Source: Eledone cirrhosa (Eukaryota). Taken from it: a stretch of DNA of 64,000 nt. The first letter of the stretch is position 1. The number at the start of each line of letters is the position of its first letter. Below are positions 45,001-60,000 of the stretch, one piece after another. Location: assembly GCA_964016885.1 (NCBI GenBank), contig OZ024750.1:30814001-30878000 (forward strand), read 5' to 3'. The position numbers and the translations under genes were made by a program. The notes beneath the pieces were generated by a model that saw nothing but the letters and a program-made list of their open reading frames with translations, ran no database searches and had not been told where the DNA came from.

Positions 45001-48000
45001 TCAAAATAAAATGATAATAGTACAAATGTTCTATATATGAAGGATAACATATGTAATAATTATTGCATTAATACTCACACTCAGTAGTTCTTTGGACAGT
45101 TGGAACAGCTGTCGAAGTTACAGGTGCTATTGTTGATGACACAGGTGCTATTGTTGATGACACAGGTTCTAGAATTTAGAAAGAATATCTACTTAGTGAA
45201 TTGTTTTAGACAATTAAAGCAGATCTTTGCACCAGAATAATTGTAAAGAAAATAAAATGAAATATCCTAGATTTCATAGTGAATCTAATCTTTTAAATAT
45301 TTGAAAATTAGAGCGTTCCACATATCCATAAGTATGTATTTGTAAATTAGAGCGTTCCACATATCCATGAATAAATCTATGTATTTATATGTTGATTTGT
45401 CTAGATGTATAAAAGGTACACAGCTCAATGTCAGTATTATGTTTTTCTTTACATAAACATTATTGCTACTAAGAAATGTTTTAAGGGAGATAAGAATAAA
45501 TGAAGTAAACTAATTGTTTGATTCAATGTGATATTTATTTTGACTGATGGCTGATAAAAGTTCCAGAAAATTTGGAAGGAAATGTAATAAAGTAAAATAA
45601 AATCAATATGAATTAGATTTTTTACGAAGAATAAGCTGCTGGTAGAAAGCGATATCATGTAGAAACCACAGAAAATAGTGGAGATTCAAATATTTGTATT
45701 AATAGTTGAACATGACATTAAGTTTGAAGAATTATTATTGATACAATATTTATAAACCACATTAATATAATGCCAGTAATAAACGAATGAATTACAATAG
45801 GAAAATTATATATGAATGAGACAAATTTACAAATTTTTAAAGAACTCCCTTCAGATAGATATGTCTTTCAATTAAATATATAGTTTCCATTTATGTGTGA
45901 TGTAGGAATGAAGCACTTGCCTGATTAATTATACATATGAAATATACCAGCTTTTATGTAATTGTTAGATGTTAACTGGGATTGTTTCAAAATGAGTCCT
46001 TATAAAAGAACTGTAAATTTTAAAAACAAAACTAGAGATCCAAGTTGCAAATTAATGAAGGTTTATTGGAATTACCAAATATACAGCCATACATATATAT
46101 TGAAAGATTTATCTACATTGATTCATGAGGAAAGTCATTTAACATAAAACTCACGTTGACTAGTTGTTGGTACACTTGATACAACTGCTGAAGTGGCTGG
46201 TGCCAGTGTTGTTGTAAGAGGATCTGAAGTTTAGGAAAGAAATCACAATAATCAAAATCTATGTGACTTTACAAATCAGATGTAAATAAAGATGAGTTGC
46301 ATCAGGATTAATAGAAATCAATAAATAGATTGGAATTATCACTTACGTTTACAGATTTTGGCAGACACAGATACGACCATATCTTCTGTGATATCATCAG
46401 CTTCAATTACAATCGTCACAGTTTCTTGACCATTACCACTTGGAATACCAACTGGTCTATCTGGGGTTGATGTCTGTAGAATGGATTTACATTTTTTATT
46501 AATGATAAGATTAAAATAAACAGTGATCGTCAAAAAATATAGACAATGTCGAAATTCCATTAATGAATGAAATAGAACACTGTCTGAATTATATGTCCTT
46601 ATATTCTGTAAATTCTAGAATATCATTATATGAATTGAAATATTAATATAAAGGAAGATACATATGAAATAAGTAGAAAGAAATATGAAACTTGAATGAA
46701 AAAATCACCATCAGATTACCTTGATTGTGTATTCTGTTGAAGGATTTGATAACAAAACAGTATATGATTTCACATTTTCATGGTCAACAAGGCTTATTGT
46801 TCCACCGGCATTAAGCGTGGGACCAATTTGTAATTTGACAGTTCTTTTAGATTTAGCATTAGTTTTCCAGCCAACATTTGGTCTCACATCACTAGGTGAT
46901 CCGACATTAGGACTTAAGGTGATTGCTGTATCAGGGATGAAAGTTTCATCATCCATTGCTTCTGTTATCTCACAGAACACTGTTAATTAAAACAATTACA
47001 TATTATAAAGTGTCAAAATAAAATGATAATAGTACAAATGTTCTATATATGAAGGATAACATATGTAATAATTATTGCATTAATACTCACACTCAGTAGT
47101 TCTTTGGACAGTTGGAACAGCTGTCGAAGTTACAGGTGCTATTGTTGATGACACAGGTGCTATTGTTGATGACACAGGTTCTAGAATTTAGAAAGAATAT
47201 CTACTTAGTGAATTGTTTTAGACAATTAAAGCAGATCTTTGCACCAGAATAATTGTAAAGAAAATAAAATGAAATATCCTAGATTTCATAGTGAATCTAA
47301 TCTTTTAAATATTTGAAAATTAGAGCGTTCCACATATCCATAAGTATGTATTTGTAAATTAGAGCGTTCCACATATCCATGAATAAATCTATGTATTTAT
47401 ATGTTGATTTGTCTAGATGTATAAAAGGTACACAGCTCAATGTCAGTATTATGTTTTTCTTTACATAAACATTATTGCTACTAAGAAATGTTTTAAGGGA
47501 GATAAGAATAAATGAAGTAAACTAATTGTTTGATTCAATGTGATATTTATTTTGACTGATGGCTGATAAAAGTTCCAGAAAATTTGGAAGGAAATGTAAT
47601 AAAGTAAAATAAAATCAATATGAATTAGATTGTTTACGAAGAATAAGCTGCTGGTAGAAAGCGATATCATGTAGAAACCACAGAAAATAGTGGAGATTCA
47701 AATATTTGTATTAATAGTTGAACATGACATTAAGTTTGAAGAATTATTATTGATACAATATTTATAAACCACATTAATATAATGCCAGTAATAAACGAAT
47801 GAATTACAATAGGAAAATTATATATGAATGAGACAAATTTACAAATTTTTAAAGAACTCCCTTCAGATAGATATGTCTTTCAATTAAATATATAGTTTCC
47901 ATTTATGTGTGATGTAGGAATGAAGCACTTGCCTGATTAATTATACATATGAAATATACCAGCTTTTATGTAATTGTTAGATGTTAACTGGGATTGTTTC

Positions 48001-51000
48001 AAAATGAGTCCTTATAAAAGAACTGTAAATTTTAAAAACAAAACTAGAGATCCAAGTTGCAAATTAATGAAGGTTTATTGGAATTACCAAATATACAGCC
48101 ATACATATATATTGAAAGATTTATCTACATTGATTCATGAGGAAAGTCATTTAACATAAAACTCACGTTGACTAGTTGTTGGTACACTTGATACAACTGC
48201 TGAAGTGGCTGGTGCCAGTGTTGTTGTAAGAGGATCTGAAGTTTAGGAAAGAAATCACAATAATCAAAATCTATGTGACTTTACAAATCAGATGTAAATA
48301 AAGATGAGTTGCATCAGGATTAATAGAAATAAATAAATAGATTGGAATTATCACTTACGTTTACAGATTTTGGCAGACACAGATACGACCATATCTTCTG
48401 TGATATCATCAGCTTCAATTACAATCGTCACAGTTTCTTGACCATTACCACTTGGAATACCAACTGGTCTATCTGGGGTTGATGTCTGTAGAATGGATTT
48501 ACATTTTTTATTAATGATAAGATTAAAATAAACAGTGATCGTCAAAAAATATAGACAATGTCGAAATTCCATTAATGAATGAAATAGAACACTGTCTGAA
48601 TTATATGTCCTTATATTCTGTAAATTCTAGAATATCATTATATGAATTGAAATATTAATATAAAGGAAGATACATATGAAATAAGTAGAAAGAAATATGA
48701 AACTTGAATGAAAAAATCACCATCAGATTACCTTGATTGTGTATTCTGTTGAAGGATTTGATAACAAAACAGTATATGATTTCACATTTTCATGGTCAAC
48801 AAGGCTTATTGTTCCACCGGCATTAAGCGTGGGACCAATTTGTAATGTGACAGTTCTTTTAGATTTAGCATTAGTTTTCCAGCCAACATTTGGTCTCACA
48901 TCACTAGGTGATCCGACATTAGGACTTAAGGTGATTGCTGTATCAGGGATGAAAGTTTCATCATCCATTGCTTCTGTTATCTCACAGAACACTGTTAATT
49001 AAAACAATTACATATTATAAAGTGTCAAAATAAAATGATAATAGTACAAATGTTCTATATATGAAGGATAACATATGTAATAATTATTGCATTAATACTC
49101 ACACTCAGTAGTTCTTTGGACAGTTGGAACAGCTGTCGAAGTTACAGGTGCTATTGTTGATGACACAGGTGCTATTGTTGATGACACAGGTTCTAGAATT
49201 TAGAAAGAATATCTACTTAGTGAATTGTTTTAGACAATTAAAGCAGATCTTTGCACCAGAATAATTGTAAAGAAAATAAAATGAAATATCCTAGATTTCA
49301 TAGTGAATCTAATCTTTTAAATATTTGAAAATTAGAGCGTTCCACATATCCATAAGTATGTATTTGTAAATTAGAGCGTTCCACATATCCATGAATAAAT
49401 CTATGTATTTATATGTTGATTTGTCTAGATGTATAAAAGGTACACAGCTCAATGTCAGTATTATGTTTTTCTTTACATAAACATTATTGCTACTAAGAAA
49501 TGTTTTAAGGGAGATAAGAATAAATGAAGTAAACTAATTGTTTGATTCAATGTGATATTTATTTTGACTGATGGCTGATAAAAGTTCCAGAAAATTTGGA
49601 AGGAAATGTAATAAAGTAAAATAAAATCAATATGAATTAGATTGTTTACGAAGAATAAGCTGCTGGTAGAAAGCGATATCATGTAGAAACCACAGAAAAT
49701 AGTGGAGATTCAAATATTTGTATTAATAGTTGAACATGACATTAAGTTTGAAGAATTATTATTGATACAATATTTATAAACCACATTAATATAATGCCAG
49801 TAATAAACGAATGAATTACAATAGGAAAATTATATATGAATGAGAAAAATTTACAAATTTTTAAAGAACTCCCTTCAGATAGATATGTCTTTCAATTAAA
49901 TATATAGTTTCCATTTATGTGTGATGTAGGAATGAAGCACTTGCCTGATTAATTATACATATGAAATATACCAGCTTTTATGTAATTGTTAGATGTTAAC
50001 TGGGATTGTTTCAAAATGAGTCCTTATAAAAGAACTGTAAATTTTAAAAACAAAACTAGAGATCCAAGTTGCAAATTAATGAAGGTTTATTGGAGTTACC
50101 AAATATACAGCCATACATATATATTGAAAGATTTATCTACATTGATTCATGAGGAAAGTCATTTAACATAAAACTCACGTTGACTAGTTGTTGGTACACT
50201 TGATACAACTGCTGAAGTGGCTGGTGCCAGTGTTGTTGTAAGAGGATCTGAAGTTTAGGAAAGAAATCACAATAATCAAAATCTATGTGACTTTACAAAT
50301 TAGTTGTAAATAAAGATGAGTTGCATCAGGATTAATAGAAATAAATAAATAGATTGGAATTATCACTTACGTTTACAGATTTTGGCAGACACAGATACGA
50401 CCATATCTTCTGTGATATCATCAGCTTCAATTACAATCGTCACAGTTTCTTGACCATTACCACTTGGAATACCAACTGGTCTATCTGGGGTTGATGTCTG
50501 TAGAATGGATTTATATTTTTTATTAATGATAAGATTAAAATAAACAGTGATCGTCAAAAAATATAGACAATGTCGAAATTCCATTAATGAATGAAATAGA
50601 ACACTGTCTGAATTATATGTCCTTATATTCTGTAAATTCTAGAATATCATTATATGAATTGAAATATTAATATAAAGGAAGATACATATGAAATAAGTAG
50701 AAAGAAATATGAAACTTGAATGAAAAAATCACCATCAGATTACCTTGATAGTGTATTCTGTTGAAGGATTTGATAACAAAACAGTATATGATTTCACATT
50801 TTCATGGTCAACAAGGCTTATTGTTCCACCGGCATTAAGCGTGGGACCAATTTGTAATGTGACAGTTCTTTTAGATTTAGCATTAGTTTTCCAGCCAACA
50901 TTTGGTCTCACATCACTAGGTGATCCGACATTAGGACTTAAGGTGATTGCTGTATCAGGGATGAAAGTTTCATCATCCATTGCTTCTGTTATCTCACAGA

Positions 51001-54000
51001 ACACTGTTAAATAAAACAATTACATATTATAAAGTGTCAAAATAAAATGATAATAGTACAAATGTTCTATATATGAAGGATAACATATGTAATAATTATT
51101 GCATTAATACTCACACTCAGTAGTTCTTTGGACAGTTGGAACAGCTGTCGAAGTTACAGGTGCTATTGTTGATGACACAGGTGCTATTGTTGATGACACA
51201 GGTTCTAGAATTTAGAAAGAATATCTACTTAGTGAATTGTTTTAGACAATTAAAGCAGATCTTTGCACCAGAATAATTGTAAAGAAAATAAAATGAAATA
51301 TCCTAGATTTCATAGTGAATCTAATCTTTTAAATATTTGAAAATTAGAGCGTTCCACATATCCATAAGTATGTATTTGTAAATTAGAGCGTTCCACATAT
51401 CCATAAGTATGTATTTGTAAATTAGAGCGTTCCACATATCCATGAATAAATCTATGTATTTATATGTTGATTTGTCTAGATGTATAAAAGGTACACAGCT
51501 CAATGTCAGTATTATGTTTTTCTTTCCATAAACATTATTGCTACTAAGAAATGTTTTAAGGGAGATAAGAATAAATGAAGTAAACTAATTGTTTGATTCA
51601 ATGTGATATTTATTTTGACTGATGGCTGATAAAAGTTCCAGAAAATTTGGAAGGAAATGTAATAAAGTAAAATAAAATCAATATGAATTAGATTTTTTAC
51701 GAAGAATAAGCTGCTGGTAGAAAGCGATATCATGTAGAAACCACAGAAAATAGTGGAGATTCAAATATTTGTATTAATAGTTGAACATGACATTAAGTTT
51801 GAAGAATTATTATTGATACAATATTTATAAACCACATTAATATAATGCCAGTAATAAACGAATGAATTACAATAGGAAAATTATATATGAATGAGAAAAA
51901 TTTACAAATTTTTAAAGAACTCCCTTCAGATAGATATGTCTTTCAATTAAATATATAGTTTCCATTTATGTGTGATGTAGGAATGAAGCACTTGCCTGAT
52001 TAATTATACATATGAAATATACCAGCTTTTATGTAATTGTTAGATGTTAACTGGGATTGTTTCAAAATGAGTCCTTATAAAAGAAGTGTAAATTTTAAAA
52101 ACAAAACTAGAGATCCAAGTTGCAAATTAATGAAGGTTTATTGGAATTACCAAATATACAGCCATACATATATATTGAAAGATTTATCTACATTGATTCA
52201 TGAGGAAAGTCATTTAACATAAAACTCACGTTGACTAGTTGTTGGTACACTTGATACAACTGCTGAAGTGGCTGGTGCCAGTGTTGTTGTAAGAGGATCT
52301 GAAGTTTAGGAAAGAAATCACAATAATCAAAATCTATGTGACTTTACAAATCAGTTGTAAATAAAGATGAGTTGCATCAGGATTAATAGAAATAAATAAA
52401 TAGATTGGAATTATCACTTACGTTTACAGATTTTGGCAGACACAGATACGACCATATCTTCTGTGATATCATCAGCTTCAATTACAATCGTCACAGTTTC
52501 TTGACCATTACCACTTGGAATACCAACTGGTCTATCTGGGGTTGATGTCTGTAGAATGGATTTACATTTTTTATTAATGATAAGATTAAAATAAACAGTG
52601 ATCGTCAAAAAATATAGACAATGTCGAAATTCCATTAATGAATGAAATAGAACACTGTCTGAATTATATGTCCTTATATTCTGTAAATTCTAGAATATCA
52701 TTATATGAATTGAAATATTAATATAAAGGAAGATACATATGAAATAAGTAGAAAGAAATATGAAACTTGAATGAAAAAATCACCATCAGATTACCTTGAT
52801 TGTGTATTCTGTTGAAGGATTTGATAACAAAACAGTATATGATTTCACATTTTCATGGTCAACAAGGCTTATTGTTCCACCGGCATTAAGCGTGGGACCA
52901 ATTTGTAATGTGACAGTTCTTTTAGATTTAGCATTAGTTTTCCAGCCAACATTTGGTCTCACATCACTAGGTGATCCGACATTAGGACTTAAGGTGATTG
53001 CTGTATCAGGGATGAAAGTTTCATCATCCATTGCTTCTGTTATCTCACAGAACACTGTTAAATAAAACAATTACATATTATAAAGTGTCAAAATAAAATG
53101 ATAATAGTACAAATGTTCTATATATGAAGGATAACATATGTAATAATTATTGCATTAATACTCACACTCAGTAGTTCTTTGGACAGTTGGAACAGCTGTC
53201 GAAGTTACAGGTGCTATTGTTGATGACACGGGTGCTATTGTTGATGACACAGGTTCTAGAATTTAGAAAGAATATCTACTTAGTGAATTGTTTTAGACAA
53301 TTAAAGCAGATCTTTGCACCAGAATAATTGTAAAGAAAATAAAATGAAATATCCTAGATTTCATAGTGAATCTAATCTTTTAAATATTTGAAAATTAGAG
53401 CGTTCCACATATCCATAAGTATGTATTTGTAAATTAGAGCGTTCCACATATCCATGAATAAATCTATGTATTTATATGTTGATTTGTCTAGATGTATAAA
53501 AGGTACACAGCTCAATGTCAGTATTATGTTTTTCTTTACATAAACATTATTGCTACTAAGAAATGTTTTAAGGGAGATAAGAATAAATGAAGTAAACTAA
53601 TTGTTTGATTCAATGTGATATTTATTTTGACTGATGGCTGATAAAAGTTCCAGAAAATTTGGAAGGAAATGTAATAAAGTAAAATAAAATCAATATGAAT
53701 TAGATTTTTTACGAAGAATAAGCTGCTGGTAGAAAGCGATATCATGTAGAAACCACAGAAAATAGTGGAGATTCAAATATTTGTATTAATAGTTGAACAT
53801 GACATTAAGTTTGAAGAATTATTATTGATACAATATTTATAAACAACATTAATATAATTGTTTCTACTTTAGGCACAAGGCCAGCAATTACCCAGTGCAT
53901 TACTGGTACTTTATTTTATCGACTCCGTAAGGATGAAAGGCAAAGTCAACCTCATTAATATAATGCCAGTAATAAACGTATGAATTACAATAGGAAAATT

Positions 54001-57000
54001 ATATATGAATGAGACAAATTTACAAATTTTTAAAGAACTCCCTTCAGATAGATATATCTTTCAATTAAATATATAGTTTCCATTTATGTGTGATGTAGGA
54101 ATGAAGCACTTGCCTGATTAATTATACATATGAAATATACCAGCTTTTATGTAATTGTTAGATGTTAACTGGGATTGTTTCAAAATGAGTCCTTATAAAA
54201 GAAGTGTAAATTTTAAAAACAAAACTAGAGATCCAAGTTGCAAATTAATGAAGGTTTATTGGAATTACCAAATATACAGCCATACATATATATTGAAAGA
54301 TTTATCTACATTGATTCATGAGGAAAGTCATTTAACATAAAACTCACGTTGACTAGTTGTTGGTACACTTGATACAACTGCTGAAGTGGCTGGTGCCAGT
54401 GTTGTTGTAAGAGGATCTGAAGTTTAGGAAAGAAATCACAATAATCAAAATCTATGTGACTTTACAAATCAGATGTAAATAAAGATGAGTTGCATCAGGA
54501 TTAATAGAAATAAATAAATAGATTGGAATTATCACTTACGTTTACAGATTTTGGCAGAAACAGATACGACCATATCTTCTGTGATATCATCAGCTACAAT
54601 TACAATCGTCACAGTTTCTTGACCATTACCACTTGGAATACCAACTGGTCTATCTGGGGTTGATGTCTGTAGAATGGATTTACATTTTTTATTAATGATA
54701 AGATTAAAATAAACAGTGATCGTCAAAAAATATAGACAATGTCGAAATTCCATTAATGAATGAAATAGAACACTGTCTGAATTATATGTCCTTATATTCT
54801 GTAAATTCTAGAATATCATTATATGAATTGAAATATTAATATAAAGGAAGATACATATGAAATAAGTAGAAAGAAATATGAAACTTGAATGAAAAAATCA
54901 CCATCAGATTACCTTGATTGTGTATTCTGTTGAAGGATTTGATAACAAAACAGTATATGATTTCACATTTTCATGGTCAACAAGGCTTATTGTTCCACCG
55001 GCATTAAGCGTGGGACCAATTTGTAATGTGACAGTTCTTTTAGATTTAGCATTAGTTTTCCAGCCAACATTTGGTCTCACATCACTAGGTGATCCGACAT
55101 TAGGACTTAAGGTGATTGCTGTATCAGGGATGAAAGTTTCATCATCCATTGCTTCTGTTATCTCACAGAACACTGTTAATTAAAACAATTACATATTATA
55201 AAGTGTCAAAATAAAATGATAATAGTACAAATGTTCTATATATGAAGGATAACATATGTAATAATTATTGCATTAATACTCACACTCAGTAGTTCTTTGG
55301 ACAGTTGGAACAGCTGTCGATGTTACAGGTGCTATTGTTGATGACACAGGTGCTATTGATGATGACACAGGTTCTAGAATTTAGAAAGAATATCTACTTA
55401 GTGAATTGTTTTAGACAATTAAAGCAGATCTTTGCACCAGAATAATTGTAAAGAAAATAAAATGAAATATCCTAGATTTCATAGTGAATCTAATCTTTTA
55501 AATATTTGAAAATTAGAGCGTTCCACATATCCATAAGTATGTATTTGTAAATTAGAGCGTTCCACATATCCATGAATAAATCTATGTATTTATATGTTGA
55601 TTTGTCTAGATGTATAAAAGGTACACAGCTCAATGTCAGTATTATGTTTTTCTTTACATAAACATTATTGCTACTAAGAAATGTTTTAAGGGAGATAAGA
55701 ATAAATGAAGTAAACTAATTGTTTGATTCAATGTGATATTTATTTTGACTGATGGCTGATAAAAGTTCCAGAAAATTTGGAAGGAAATGTAATAAAGTAA
55801 AATAAAATCAATATGAATTAGATTTTTTACGAAGAATAAGCTGCTGGTAGAAAGCGATATCATGTAGAAACCACAGAAAATAGTGGAGATTCAAATATTT
55901 GTATTAATAGTTGAACATGACATTAAGTTTGAAGAATTATTATTGATACAATATTTATAAACAACATTAATATAATTGTTTCTACTTTAGGCACAAGGCC
56001 AGCAATTACCCAGTGCATTACTGGTACTTTATTTTATCGACTCCGTAAGGATGAAAGGCAAGGTCAACCTCATTAATATAATTGTTTCTACGTTAGGCAC
56101 AAGGCCAGCAATTACCCAGTGTATTACTGGTACTTTATTTTATCGACCCAGTAAGGATCGATAAAATAAAGTACCAGTAATACACTGGGTAATTGCTGGC
56201 CTTGTGCCTAACGTAGAAACAATTATATTAATGAGGTTGACCTTGCCTTTCATCCTTACGGAGAATGCCAGTAATAAACGTATGAATTACAATAGGAAAA
56301 TTATATATGAATGAGACAAATTTACAAATTTTTAAAGAACTCCCTTCAGATAGATATATCTTTCAATTAAATATATAGTTTCCATTTATGTGTGATGTAG
56401 GAATGAAGCACTTGCCTGATTAATTATACATATGAAATATACCAGCTTTTATGTAATTGTTAGATGTTAACTGGGATTGTTTCAAAATGAGTCCTTATAA
56501 AAGAAGTGTAAATTTTAAAAACAAAACTAGAGATCCAAGTTGCAAATTAATGAAGGTTTATTGGAATTACCAAATATACAGCCATACATATATATTGAAA
56601 GATTTATCTACATTGATTCATGAGGAAAGTCATTTAACATAAAACTCACGTTGACTAGTTGTTGGTACACTTGATACAACTGCTGAAGTGGCTGGTGCCA
56701 GTGTTGTTGTAAGAGGATCTGAAGTTTAGGAAAGAAATCACAATAATCAAAATCTATGTGACTTTACAAATCAGATGTAAATAAAGATGAGTTGCATCAG
56801 GATTAATAGAAATAAATAAATAGATTGGAATTATCACTTACGTTTACAGATTTTGGCAGACACAGATACGACCATATCTTCTGTGATATCATCAGCTTCA
56901 ATTACAATCGTCACAGTTTCTTGACCATTACCACTTGGAATACCAACTGGTCTATCTGGGGTTGATGTCTGTAGAATGGATTTACATTTTTTATTAATGA

Positions 57001-60000
57001 TAAGATTAAAATAAACAGTGATCGTCAAAAAATATAGACAATGTCGAAATTCCATTAATGAATGAAATAGAACACTGTCTGAATTATATGTCCTTATATT
57101 CTGTAAATTCTAGAATATCATTATATGAATTGAAATATTAATATAAAGGAAGATACATATGAAATAAGTAGAAAGAAATATGAAACTTGAATGAAAAAAT
57201 CACCATCAGATTACCTTGATTGTGTATTCTGTTGAAGGATTTGATAACAAAACAGTATATGATTTCACATTTTCATGGTCAACAAGGCTTATTGTTCCAC
57301 CGGCATTAAGCGTGGGACCAATTTGTAATGTGACAGTTCTTTTAGATTTAGCATTAGTTTTCCAGCCAACATTTGGTCTCACATCACTAGGTGATCCGAC
57401 ATTAGGACTTAAGGTGATTGCTGTATCAGGGATGAAAGTTTCATCATCCATTGCTTCTGTTATCTCACAGAACACTGTTAAATAAAACAATTACATATTA
57501 TAAAGTGTCAAAATAAAATGATAATAGTACAAATGTTCTATATATGAAGGATAACATATGTAATAATTATTGCATTAATACTCACACTCAGTAGTTCTTT
57601 GGACAGTTGGAACAGCTGTCGAAGTTACAGGTGCTATTGTTGATGACACAGGTGCTATTGTTGATGACACAGGTTCTAGAATTTAGAAAGAATATCTACT
57701 TAGTGAATTGTTTTAGACAATTAAAGCAGATCTTTGCACCAGAATAATTGTAAAGAAAATAAAATGAAATATCCTAGATTTCATAGTGAATCTAATCTTT
57801 TAAATATTTGAAAATTAGAGCGTTCCACATATCCATAAGTATGTATTTGTAAATTAGAGCGTTCCACATATCCATGAATAAATCTATGTATTTATATGTT
57901 GATTTGTCTAGATGTATAAAAGGTACACAGCTCAATGTCAGTATTATGTTTTTCTTTACATAAACATTATTGCTACTAAGAAATGTTTTAAGGGAGATAA
58001 GAATAAATGAAGTAAACTAATTGTTTGATTCAATGTGATATTTATTTTGACTGATGGCTGATAAAAGTTCCAGAAAATTTGGAAGGAAATGTAATAAAGT
58101 AAAATAAAATCAATATGAATTAGATTTTTTACGAAGAATAAGCTGCTGGTAGAAAGCGATATCATGTAGAAACCACAGAAAATAGTGGAGATTCAAATAT
58201 TTGTATTAATAGTTGAACATGACATTAAGTTTGAAGAATTATTATTGATACAATATTTATAAACAACATTAATATAATTGTTTCTACTTTAGGCACAAGG
58301 CCAGCAATTACCCAGTGCATTACTGGTACTTTATTTTATCGACTCCGTAAGGATGAAAGGCAAAGTCAACCTCATTAATATAATGCCAGTAATAAACGTA
58401 TGAATTACAATAGGAAAATTATATATGAATGAGACAAATTTACAAATTTTTAAAGAACTCCCTTCAGATAGATATATCTTTCAATTAAATATATAGTTTC
58501 CATTTATGTGTGATGTAGGAATGAAGCACTTGCCTGATTAATTATACATATGAAATATACCAGCTTTTATGTAATTGTTAGATGTTAACTGGGATTGTTT
58601 CAAAATGAGTCCTTATAAAAGAAGTGTAAATTTTAAAAACAAAACTAGAGATCCAAGTTGCAAATTAATGAAGGTTTATTGGAATTACCAAATATACAGC
58701 CATACATATATATTGAAAGATTTATCTACATTGATTCATGAGGAAAGTCATTTAACATAAAACTCACGTTGACTAGTTGTTGGTACACTTGATACAACTG
58801 CTGAAGTGGCTGGTGCCAGTGTTGTTGTAAGAGGATCTGAAGTTTAGGAAAGAAATCACAATAATCAAAATCTATGTGACTTTACAAATCAGATGTAAAT
58901 AAAGATGAGTTGCATCAGGATTAATAGAAATAAATAAATAGATTGGAATTATCACTTACGTTTACAGATTTTGGCAGAAACAGATACGACCATATCTTCT
59001 GTGATATCATCAGCTTCAATTACAATCGTCACAGTTTCTTGACCATTACCACTTGGAATACCAACTGGTCTATCTGGGGTTGATGTCTGTAGAATGGATT
59101 TACATTTTTTATTAATGATAAGATTAAAATAAACAGTGATCGTCAAAAAATATAGACAATGTCGAAATTCCATTAATGAATGAAATAGAACACTGTCTGA
59201 ATTATATGTCCTTATATTCTGTAAATTCTAGAATATCATTATATGAATTGAAATATTAATATAAAGGAATATACATATGAAATAAGTAGAAAGAAATATG
59301 AAACTTGAATGAAAAAATCACCATCAGATTACCTTGATTGTGTATTCTGTTGAAGGATTTGATAACAAAACAGTATATGATTTCACATTTTCATGGTCAA
59401 CAAGGCTTATTGTTCCACCGGCATTAAGCGTGGGACCAATTTGTAATGTGACAGTTCTTTTAGATTTAGCATTAGTTTTCCAGCCAACATTTGGTCTCAC
59501 ATCACTAGGTGATCCGACATTAGGACTTAAGGTGATTGCTGTATCAGGGATGAAAGTTTCATCATCCATTGCTTCTGTTATCTCACAGAACACTGTTAAT
59601 TAAAACAATTACATATTATAAAGTGTCAAAATAAAATGATAATAGTACAAATGTTCTATATATGAAGGATAACATATGTAATAATTATTGCATTAATACT
59701 CACACTCAGTAGTTCTTTGGACAGTTGGAACAGCTGTCGAAGTTACAGGTGCTATTGTTGATGACACAGGTGCTATTGATGATGACACAGGTTCTAGAAT
59801 TTAGAAAGAATATCTACTTAGTGAATTGTTTTAGACAATTAAAGCAGATCTTTGCACCAGAATAATTGTAAAGAAAATAAAATGAAATATCCTAGATTTC
59901 ATAGTGAATCTAATCTTTTAAATATTTGAAAATTAGAGCGTTCCACATATCCATAAGTATGTATTTGTAAATTAGAGCGTTCCACATATCCATGAATAAA

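Noticed and set aside
56041-56263. MITE or DNA transposon with long terminal inverted repeats
   Set aside because: The arms consist of the local SINE plus its TSD junction and no TSD flanks the palindrome, so in-place fold-back duplication explains it better.
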